Source: a virus. From it: a stretch of DNA of 64,000 bases. A model generated the notes under the pieces. It saw only the letters and a program-made list of their open reading frames with translations. It had not been told where the DNA came from and ran no database searches. Within the stretch, counting starts at the first letter, position 1, and every line of letters starts with the position of its first letter. Below, piece after piece: positions 42,401 through 48,521 of the stretch. The position numbers were made by a program, and so were the translations under genes. Location: the IMG/VR virus record IMGVR_UViG_3300042558_005646; one strand, 5' to 3'.

Positions 42401-43897
42401 AGGAATCAAATATTCTTTTTGCTGAAATAAAGTTAAGGCAGGGAACTTCCAACCTCTCAATGGTATGGGAATTGAAAAGGAACTACTAGGTAGCTCTAAT
42501 TCAGAAATAGTTAATTCTTGATTTAAAAAATTTACATCTTCGCATCCATCTGCTCCCAGAATGTACTTAGTTGGATAATCCATATGATCAGTCGGAGAAT
42601 CAAGATCGTCAAAAATTTCTTTTGATTTTGCTCCATCCAACATTCCAAAAATCCACTTTTGAGTATTGTCAAAAGTTATAGATTTTGAATCCCTTTGTGT
42701 TGGTCTTCCTAGTATATATGTATTTGCTTCAACTAAGGCCAATCCAATTCTATCATAAGTTTGAGAACTTGAAATCTTACCTGAATTTGTTTCAACTGTT
42801 TCAAATTGTGCTTTATTATATTTTATTCTCTTGTACTGCTGTGGCCAACTAGTACTTCCAAACCCAACAAGATAAGCTGTCAATGGGTCTGTATGATTTG
42901 TTTTCCAATCATAAACTTCAGCATCAAAAGTAACAGTTCTAGTTGGTTCTCCCGAATAATTTATGTATGCATTTGAAATATTATTATAATATTGATCATA
43001 AACTGTATTAACAGAAAAGTTGCTTAGATCAACTGAAACAGTATCAGTTTTAGCTGTAATTTGACTCTTGGCATCTGATGCTAAGCCATATGTTGCTATA
43101 TAGCCACTATTTGATAAGTTCCTAGCCCATGCGTTTAAAACTTTTCCAGCAGTGTAGTTCATTCTTCTAGAAAGACCAAATGAAATTGGAACTGACTTAG
43201 AAAACTCATTAACTTGACCTTTACTATTTACTGCAGTCAACTTGATTCCCATGGTTCCCGATGAACTAGGTCTTATAAGTTCGAACCAATTAAGTGTCGT
43301 GTATCTAGGAAATTGTCTGACAGTATTTTTGTCAAATTCTTTTTGAACTACAAATTCATCATTGCCACAACCTGTCCTTGAAGGCTCTGTCTTAATTTCA
43401 GATGGAAAAAATTCTTCTATACTTACATATTCGTCTAAAGGCGCACCGTAAAAAACAGTACCTTCAACAGATCCAGAAACAATCTTAAAATTTCCTTCTC
43501 TAGGAGATTGTTCATAATTGAAGTCAACTACTTCTAGAACAAATGGTCCTGACATTCTTGTTGTTGATTGAAATTCATTTCGTTTTTCTAAAGTGAATGA
43601 AAAAAGAATATATACTTTTTTGGCAACTTCATCATAAACCACCAATCCCTGATTGATGTCAGCTCCACCACCAGGATATCTAAAAGCTGCCTCTACAGGA
43701 GGGTTATTAAGAACAGCTCCATTGAATGTAAAAGCATCATGAGAAAAATTTACAGCAGCACTAGTGGCAAAATCTTGTTTTCTTTCATTGAAATTAAACT
43801 CAGTTCCAGGAATTACCCCAAGCACAATTTCGTAATTGAATTTGAACTTTCCAATAAAACTTGTAGTTCTCGATCTATTTGTTTTATAAGTTGCCAT
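33488..43897 (-). CDS. Giant virion protein: about 1740-aa unknown N-terminus, 14 PKD repeats and a C-terminal RCC1/BLIP-II propeller (3469 aa)
   Basis: 14 tandem NxxPxA...SxDxDG...WxFGDG...HxYxxxGxYxVxLxVTD repeats; RCC1 motifs IEAGLYHTFVVDIDGKLYASGSNSNGQLG, VSAGDLCSAII and IAAGGNHSVIL. Confidence 0.85.
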   Translation of the reverse strand: MATYKTNRSRTTSFIGKFKFNYEIVLGVIPGTEFNFNERKQDFATSAAVNFSHDAFTFNGAVLNNPPVEAAFRYPGGGADINQGLVVYDEVAKKVYILFSFTLEKRNEFQSTTRMSGPFVLEVVDFNYEQSPREGNFKIVSGSVEGTVFYGAPLDEYVSIEEFFPSEIKTEPSRTGCGNDEFVVQKEFDKNTVRQFPRYTTLNWFELIRPSSSGTMGIKLTAVNSKGQVNEFSKSVPISFGLSRRMNYTAGKVLNAWARNLSNSGYIATYGLASDAKSQITAKTDTVSVDLSNFSVNTVYDQYYNNISNAYINYSGEPTRTVTFDAEVYDWKTNHTDPLTAYLVGFGSTSWPQQYKRIKYNKAQFETVETNSGKISSSQTYDRIGLALVEANTYILGRPTQRDSKSITFDNTQKWIFGMLDGAKSKEIFDDLDSPTDHMDYPTKYILGADGCEDVNFLNQELTISELELPSSSFSIPIPLRGWKFPALTLFQQKEYLIPGTSNIRSFLGDGNEPNYYGNQNLSGYRYLNLQLKSKNNDQQSGIFTIEEISKGPTTLQNTTLTNKKTWSIKTNSSTFQNLYIDLCNPDNKIDNVDNQDSPYPRLNAYTTSKPLSVSSFGLLSAENKPSDDFIITKPKSGIESKTWINEVVKKQIQNSGIIYLSDSKSTNIDYFEVNTSAFPSSGGTNIIYGRPRVFNGKIKLASPFNALDGFTYDDNGNRKDIIPDYFRTLDLYIPKNDLTAGKSIDELLLRNQKGEYTEEFEVYDFDPGFPDETDILGKTVAQYTDGDLNIFTNPIQFLKQNNNPYDGVIIENPSTKVRKTYKFNEYFSLNDNGLNYITIILPSSFDRNIVFPSGSNIRLGFLDKKTDDAFRSCVIKIKKIDKIQQNKFRATLEYAKIDKNSPPNYAGIAVSNNGVYTFFSPNAPLVTVVPTRLLEFTFPLDTSLFTNIVSRDPNQNEVNAIDDYPEDEATNGPYYGVSRIAKIELDNPLIELGETKLTRTNSKANFVISGNNNTFEAKTRFNASSKITTEYFTRRFWQQNTDARDEEEGDIEWQHTQSETVDYWTPFPKSIADFCNDVNKIDQYVAPSWLDTNNSATNVIRHPGWIATKSNKSYPVDPITGNRIYTNKLDPEYLNPDTGYASWIFGGGILALPNGKTTGSGTTYQKAIDIDLNQLRIILAQTIFHRINGDFPPGLPDLFGNTSLRNQDGSAQESVLHLRGGLIARAPGHGLILPPRKSSVEDVRKANLIEVFSQQNKGSSESDIIGFYETGSVYGKNRRDHFIELEKSKNFPTPSDFRSSVRNLSQAKRERTSFKGGKTNIATNLTACESGFEQAIVIAYTVPSTKTGEENQTAVITTDSFFTTQYEKYPVGFNVNTGIGITLKGEFPFLISSELHINQTKRIHTFLLTERNSVKNSTSSHDYDSLISANTDMRNQASWHPYIQGEPKVDANFSTLSKAFKSTKLNSYLITDQAAQLFNVGYADPGAILVRSIPLNITNITAPLTDKTIFIDGVAPTFTSDFRLLEPIASSGTAHSSFPTIVQLSSREYAVAYSMSATPRKINLKIISNYQAQDRNTLLDLDVLSGNTINSDYNIYGLTSDYDEKLGLHRSVFWCNGNIYYFEHAMHSVDMNLKRNETLHLIKGRLDDPLVLELSNRKNIITYYDSSSEFNASVPKHKPALISCKKQEYNGKVIVAYDTGKCNIEAVLLNPYASILGVRKFDIECINTSDSTNTDTITNTKPIANISANPTSGQSALFVSFLSTNSYDPSGSALTYVWNFGDDTQSTEENPTHTFINNTTDPIQFKVSLVVTNANGFSSDPATVIITVNPAPVNNLLPQAKFSGTPISGSVTLSVTFTDQSSPANDGSFIQLYQWDFGDDNTAIKFDNQSFTYDYTRAGKFTPSLIIRDNLLRISSKFIGPTITVDGTVNNPPSPSFNWAQTSYSPNLKVKFTDTSSDDEGPLVAWSWNFGDNQTADVQNPEHIYADPGKYRVVLTVTDSGGLQVSGTIEITVAPPGNNPPIANFNFSQQNRKLIVEFTDLSSDSDGIISLWSWDFGDGSTDLVQNPTHAYSIAGTYQVTLKVTDSGGKFSSITKNVIVAPLINLPPIINNISGSQIGFTPLQAKFTEISIDPDGFITKWDWNFGDGQTFSTTNSLLKNPTHTYFLPGTYTIRLTVSDDGLADGTEIKTATSSIEITIVSPPANKPPIALFNVDINNILAPAVINFTDLSSDLDGKIVSWLWEFEANSSLFFNIQTYQKVVSHRFTRSGIYPVKLTVTDDGNLTNTYIFEVNIKNNLPVAELSAFPNPTLSQTQVNFFGNNSYDLDGSITKYNWDFGDGNKILQGSTRESHVYTKPGVYNASLTVTDNIGDTSTANLQITITNRNPVAVITYTSLSVKAPGSLTFNGDTSYDPDGIIVSYNWSTTNGLSANTPNATFNFTVEGSYTIYLTVTDDSGGTNTTSVLVIVTPADNVLPIAILNVDKSSGVINDTFTFDTLGSYDPDGNIVLYQIDFGDGTSKQFATPGPILHSYNRVGTFTAKLTLTDNRAGQSLETLNSKKIIIINNQPPVSSFSFTPNNAFTFDVINFSDNSTDPENNLVRWDWDFGDETSFTTRDPLQKSPQKSYNKGKRNYTASLTVYDNMGLSNTSSQVVSILNRKPFAVISTNTAPSNNTISGIAPFTVVFDSNSYDLDGTVVDYEWYLNGISSTPFITKTFTYTFTTARFIPYVVTLRVRDDDGDWSDVASIGVKVNPENIPPVSVIRANPESNTRQAPVTVSFSGAGSYDPDNIGGELIYSWDFGNGSRSSLVNTDTVYSQPGTYKVSLTVTDNLGASNTATLDYIVKNNKPIAVLDTTPPGITQVEINTPVLFTSNGSYDPDNNQFINGYKWLVDGVNQNSNTPTLSTSFSSIGYHTVTLSVFDNLGLESDPVSKTLFIISNPPPPLANQNPIAILGNEPGITGYIELKVGDTFTFDGTRSYDPEDTKNITFEWSINGVKSGFNSTFVNQFNMVGIFTVSLVVFDSQKLASTPATNLGQRYTVDVNVTVLPNPLANKLYSSGQALYGAIASGSNTPDRYGFQLIDDTKQYTIIEAGLYHTFVVDIDGKLYASGSNSNGQLGFPSNISQLNSLTLVPLAAKYKVIKVSAGDLCSAIIAEDTSINKRVLLVCGSNVNGIFGQSLPLTNIFSFQPILEKSNTNNGFSYASSNSLADVSCNSYILAFIDNKQVWVSGRSRYVNKLGISNLGFYPVNIDPNPDKYIGSTNYLNPFKVEVGFNNGLGFVTGISFDIDNQIVWFSGLSSLRGWGYAYDISTYENNIIIIASSQDPAEERSIISYGFATNEIPVFNVGYQVASYRNPGQSYIKVSTGALGLLALSQDNFYPYGDNSFGALGFAQSYTNSRNENIKSGVPINVILSNAGVIGAYDIAAGGNHSVILASNIKPSGQSFTIIRPDGYPIITNLTIYPITQIVG
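33580..34745 (-). repeat. RCC1/BLIP-II-like repeats (beta-propeller); boundaries approximate
   Basis: Several xxAGxxHxxxL / GxNxxGQLG-type blades at the C-terminus of the 3469-aa ORF. Confidence 0.75.
34760..38680 (-). repeat. Array of 14 PKD (Ig-like) domains; boundaries approximate
   Basis: Counted 14 repeats from NTKPIANI to TVDVNVTV. They are diverged at the DNA level. Confidence 0.88.
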
Positions 43898-46800
43898 TTA
43901 ACTTCTTAGGAATCTATCTAACATAGTTTGTACAGTCTGCTGGGTTTCCTTACGCAGCTCTTTGATCTTCTCTTCTGTCTTTGCTTCTATGTTAAAAATT
44001 TCTTGAATTATTTCTTTTTTGATAGTATTGAATTCATTTTTCGTAATGACATTGGATACTAAATTATTTGTTACATTTTCAATTTTCTTGACAAACAACT
44101 CTTCTACTTTGTTTTCAACTATTTTTTCAGTTTTTTTCTGTTCTTCTTTTTCTGAATGATAATTATTGGAAGTAAATGTCTGCCTGTTATCTATTTTGTA
44201 ATAGTTTTCTTTTTTCTCTTTATAGACATCTATTTTTATTTGTGATGTATTATTTATGATACGATTTTGAATCTGCTCGATTTTATGTATTTTCTGAGTG
44301 ACTTTTCTTTCGTTTGTTGTTTTTTGAACATTTAATACATCTAAGAGTTGAAAGAAATTATTAACTTTTCTATCTTTACTTGTCTTAGAAATTTTCTGAT
44401 CATTATAAAAATTCATCATGTCAAAGAAATTTTGTTCAACTTTGTAAGAATTTCCCTGTACTTTGATAGTTTCTTTACTCATTTTATCGATGCGTTTTGA
44501 AATACGAGCAAATTCTTTTTCAGTTCTTTTTTCTTGTTTTATTTGCTGAGTCAAATTCAATTCAGTAAATAAATTTGAAATATTTTTCTTATTACTTTCA
44601 AAACTATAACGATTGAGAATATTTGTATTTTGCTCAGTCTCTAACAGGTTTAAACTCTGAATAAATTCTTGCATCTGGACCTTTTGAGTCTTATTCGTAA
44701 TTTGAACTACTGAATTGTTTTGAACAGAATTTGTAATGTTAATATCTTGTAAGGTTTCTCTAATTCTTTGTCTTTGCGAAATGTTGCTTATTTTGCTTTC
44801 AAATTTATTAAATGATTGAATATAATTTTTACTCAAATTAATAGCTGTAATAAAGTCTTTTTGATCAATTTTACTTAAACGATTTTCATAATTATTTTCT
44901 TGAAATACATTGTTTACATAATTCAAATTTTTAACTATTTGATCTATATTCTTAACTTGAGATACTTTATTTATTTGTTGAATGCTTGTCTTGAATTCTT
45001 TATAATTTTGAGAGATTAAATTCAAATCTTTAGTAATTTGATTGATATTATTAGTATTAGAAATCTTACTAATATTAGTAGCAGTTTCTTGAGTAACATT
45101 TACTGAATCCAAAATTTCAACATTCTTAATTATGTTTGAAATTCTATTGTATACTTTTCTTTCTTGCGCTATCTTTGTCAAATTGATAACATTCAATAAT
45201 TCTTTATTGTCAAATTTAGAAATTTTTTGAACAACATTTGAAATTTCATTTATATTTGAAATTTTAAGATTTTGAATTTCTTTGGAATTTGTAAGATTTA
45301 TCAAATTGGAAACTTGATTTATTTTACTTTCGTTGACGTTATTCAATAAAGTAATTTGCTTAATTACATCAATGTTTTCTTGGGATAAGTTGGATACATT
45401 TGTAAGCTGAGATAATTTTTCAAGATTATTGCTTACCAAATTAAATTGAGAGACTTTGATATTATCTAGTTTAGATATGTTTATTTTGCTTAGATTATCA
45501 ACAGTAGTTTGCTTGATATCTTTGGTCGCATTTATAAGATTTTTTAATTTTTCAATTTCTGAGTTGAATTCTGTTTTACTAAAGTTTGTTTCAAAGCTAG
45601 ATATAGCATCAATATTTTCTGAAATTTGATTTACATTATATTTTGCCAATCTAGTAACTTTTCTTACAAAATTTTCTTGTTTTTTGAATTCTTGAATGAC
45701 ATTAATATTCTTGATCAAATCTATTTTTTCAGTTAAATTTTCAGTATTGAAGTTTGATAACTTTTCCACAATATAATTTACATCTAATTTATTAATTGTT
45801 TTATTTATTTTAGAAACATTTTCTATTTCTTGTACTTTTTTCTGATCTACATAAATTGATGAAAACTTTGGATTTACAGATAGGGTGTTTAAGTTTTCTA
45901 AAACGCTTGAAACTTGTTTAAAGCTCTGAGCTATTCGAGTAAACGATTTTGATTCTGATAAATTAAGAATAGAATTAAATTCTTGTAAATTTTTTGAAGA
46001 TATTTTATTATCTATATTATTTACAATTTGATTTTCAGTATTGTTTATATCGATAATATTTTTTGATAAAGAAATTAAGTTCTTTATATTTTCAACAGTT
46101 GAACTTGATACTTTGGATATTTCAAGATTACTATTCTTTGAAAAATTTATTACATCAACCAAGTTTTTGATATTATTTGTGTTGATGTTGCTTTGTCTAA
46201 GAACTGTAAATAAATTATTTAATTTTTCTTCATTAGAAACTAGGGACAATAAAGATCTTACAGTTTGATTGTTGGAAATATTACTTATTTTATTAATTAC
46301 AATGTTTGAATATTCATCGACATAATCTGTGTTATTAAGAACGTTTTTAATTTCACGAGCTATATAATTGTTTGTTTTTTCTTGAATATGAACTACACGA
46401 TGGTTGACAAAAGATAAATTTTGTTGAGTTATATTCAAGTCATTTTTTATCTTAGAGATTTTACTTTCAACATACTGATTGCTATTCTTGATTGTTTTCA
46501 AGACTGCATATTGGAATTCATAATCATTTGCAGTGTATTCGTAGTTGACATTTTTGGTCAAATTAAGAATATTTTTGTAATGATTATTTTTATGAGTTAC
46601 ACTATGTCTGTGAATGTTTTGATAAGTGTTTCGTAAATTTATTTCTGTTTGTTTTATTTCTTGGACAGTGTCGTTGAAAAAATTTAGATTTTGAATAAAT
46701 TCTCTATATCTATTTTCAATGTGTCTGTAGAAATTGTAAGAAGTAGATAAATTTTTCAGGTTGGTTTCATACACCGTTTTATCTGATATATTTAAAATTC

Positions 46801-47872
46801 TATTAAATTCAAAACTTAAGTTCTTGCTATGTTGATTGATTATTTTGAAGAATTGATTTTCAACATTTGGAGACAAATTCAAACCTTTTAAGAAACTTTT
46901 ATAAATATTATCAAAATCAATTTTACTAGAATCAGAAAATTTATTTACATTATTTACTATTTGATTTAAAGTTCTATTATTATTATCAACAAAATTAAAA
47001 TCAGTTTTATTCAAAGATGTAACATTATTTGTAACGTTTGAAGATCTTATTTGTGATTGTATTTTATTATAATTTTGTAAATTTAATTGATTGATGTTTG
47101 TCGTAGAATTATTATTAACAACAACATTATTTGATGGATTTTTATTTGAAAAAGAAATATCTTGCAAATATTCGTTGATAGAATCTTTGTTTGAATTACC
47201 TGGTCTTACTTCAAATTTTTTTTTTACTTTAACTTCGCTTGGATTTAAACCGAGTTTTTTCAAACTTTCATTTATCAATGCTTCGTTTGCATTTATAGAC
47301 TCTGAACTTTCGGTGTCGTCATAAAATTGTCCAAGACCTCCAGAGCTTACTCCAGTTGTAAGCATTTCCATGAATCTAGGGTATATCTGAAAAAAGCCAT
47401 TCATAACTTTTTCGTCTACAAATTCAAACTGTTCTAAATCTAATATCTTAATTGTATCATCAGTTTTTAATGACTTTAAATTCTGTAAAGCAATCATAAA
47501 TTCAATTTGATCGTCATTCAATCCTAAAGCACTATAATCAATTAATTTTTCTCTTTTTTCTTTTATTTTGGTTGGATAAATAATATCAGGATCAATATTT
47601 ACTTTATTTAACTCAATATTTTCTGAGTAGTTTGTGTGAAAAGGATTAATTCTATAAAGTTTTCTTGGCAAAATTTTGATAGAAACATCTGGGACTTTAT
47701 AATCATCAGGGTCTTCAGTCGTGCCAGCAGTATGCAACTCTTTCTTTATATTAAAAGAAGTTGCTTTTGTGGAAGGTAAATACTGAAAATAACAATTTAA
47801 CTCTGCAGATGATACGAAAGCATCTGAAGCAATTGAAATTTTATCATATTCGATAAAATCAATATCTGACAT
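43898..47872 (-). CDS. Asn/Ile/Lys-rich helical protein, tape-measure candidate (1324 aa)
   Basis: After about residue 230 there is almost no Gly or Pro and no Cys or Trp; ~20-25-aa pseudo-repeats (KLSNFNTENL, NISKLDNIKV, KISKFDNKEL, RLSKIDQKDF). It lies directly upstream of the tail-tip block, abutting it as TAA-ATG. Confidence 0.4.
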   Translation of the reverse strand: MSDIDFIEYDKISIASDAFVSSAELNCYFQYLPSTKATSFNIKKELHTAGTTEDPDDYKVPDVSIKILPRKLYRINPFHTNYSENIELNKVNIDPDIIYPTKIKEKREKLIDYSALGLNDDQIEFMIALQNLKSLKTDDTIKILDLEQFEFVDEKVMNGFFQIYPRFMEMLTTGVSSGGLGQFYDDTESSESINANEALINESLKKLGLNPSEVKVKKKFEVRPGNSNKDSINEYLQDISFSNKNPSNNVVVNNNSTTNINQLNLQNYNKIQSQIRSSNVTNNVTSLNKTDFNFVDNNNRTLNQIVNNVNKFSDSSKIDFDNIYKSFLKGLNLSPNVENQFFKIINQHSKNLSFEFNRILNISDKTVYETNLKNLSTSYNFYRHIENRYREFIQNLNFFNDTVQEIKQTEINLRNTYQNIHRHSVTHKNNHYKNILNLTKNVNYEYTANDYEFQYAVLKTIKNSNQYVESKISKIKNDLNITQQNLSFVNHRVVHIQEKTNNYIAREIKNVLNNTDYVDEYSNIVINKISNISNNQTVRSLLSLVSNEEKLNNLFTVLRQSNINTNNIKNLVDVINFSKNSNLEISKVSSSTVENIKNLISLSKNIIDINNTENQIVNNIDNKISSKNLQEFNSILNLSESKSFTRIAQSFKQVSSVLENLNTLSVNPKFSSIYVDQKKVQEIENVSKINKTINKLDVNYIVEKLSNFNTENLTEKIDLIKNINVIQEFKKQENFVRKVTRLAKYNVNQISENIDAISSFETNFSKTEFNSEIEKLKNLINATKDIKQTTVDNLSKINISKLDNIKVSQFNLVSNNLEKLSQLTNVSNLSQENIDVIKQITLLNNVNESKINQVSNLINLTNSKEIQNLKISNINEISNVVQKISKFDNKELLNVINLTKIAQERKVYNRISNIIKNVEILDSVNVTQETATNISKISNTNNINQITKDLNLISQNYKEFKTSIQQINKVSQVKNIDQIVKNLNYVNNVFQENNYENRLSKIDQKDFITAINLSKNYIQSFNKFESKISNISQRQRIRETLQDINITNSVQNNSVVQITNKTQKVQMQEFIQSLNLLETEQNTNILNRYSFESNKKNISNLFTELNLTQQIKQEKRTEKEFARISKRIDKMSKETIKVQGNSYKVEQNFFDMMNFYNDQKISKTSKDRKVNNFFQLLDVLNVQKTTNERKVTQKIHKIEQIQNRIINNTSQIKIDVYKEKKENYYKIDNRQTFTSNNYHSEKEEQKKTEKIVENKVEELFVKKIENVTNNLVSNVITKNEFNTIKKEIIQEIFNIEAKTEEKIKELRKETQQTVQTMLDRFLRS

Positions 47873-47878
47873 AAATTA

Positions 47879-47884
47879 ATTGTA
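47879..47884 (-). promoter_or_regulatory. Candidate -10 element for the leaderless 1324-aa gene
   Basis: TACAAT TAATTT ATG; no SD. Confidence 0.5.
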
Positions 47885-47891
47885 AAAGAGA

Positions 47892-48521
47892 TTATTTCTT
47901 TTTGAATCTATGGTGATGAATTTTAGTAGTCAATTCGTTTCTTGTTTCTTTTGGATGTTCAAGAGCAGTTCCAAAATCTGGACTACCTTCAGAATCATCA
48001 TAAAGAGAATTATAGTAATCTTCTATCTCTTCATCAGCTTCTTTGACCATATCATCTTCTGCAATCTTGATAAACTTAGCACTAGTGTGTGCATTCAATG
48101 TAGCAGATTCTCCAACTAACAAAGATACTACATAGTCATCAAGTTCTGCTAAAGCTTGTTCTCTAAGTTGAATTTGTTTTTCTAAAGAAGCAACTTCTCT
48201 TTTCAAGGATTCTTGAGCGTCTACAGTTGACACTTCAACATTTTTTCCACCAATATTGCCGAACAGAGGAGTGTCATAAGCTCCTCTAATATTCTTAATT
48301 TCATTTAAGTCTGATAGCTTTATTTTGAGTAATTTTAGAAATTTGTCAAGTTTTTGTCTTTTACCATCAAATGTAACATCAACAGCTATCTGCTTATAAG
48401 TAGGATATTTTTTCTCTATTTGTGTAATTTCTTGCTGAACTTTAGATTCATTTTTATCAAAATCAGCTTTTGTCAATTTTGGAGTGTATATTTCTGTTTG
48501 AGCTAATACTTTCTTAAACAT
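47892..48521 (-). CDS. Hypothetical coiled-coil protein (about 209 aa)
   Basis: Start moved to the second ATG (MFKKVLAQ) because GGAG lies 6 nt upstream; heptad segment LKREVASLEKQIQLREQALAELDD. Confidence 0.75.
   Translation of the reverse strand: MFKKVLAQTEIYTPKLTKADFDKNESKVQQEITQIEKKYPTYKQIAVDVTFDGKRQKLDKFLKLLKIKLSDLNEIKNIRGAYDTPLFGNIGGKNVEVSTVDAQESLKREVASLEKQIQLREQALAELDDYVVSLLVGESATLNAHTSAKFIKIAEDDMVKEADEEIEDYYNSLYDDSEGSPDFGTALEHPKETRNELTTKIHHHRFKKK

Noticed and set aside
47873-47906. Programmed frameshift fusing the 209-aa gene to the 1324-aa gene (tail-chaperone style) at TTC AAA AAG AAA TAA
   Set aside because: The heptamer is imperfect (C AAA AAG). The downstream gene is in the +1 frame, and an in-frame TAA precedes its ATG.
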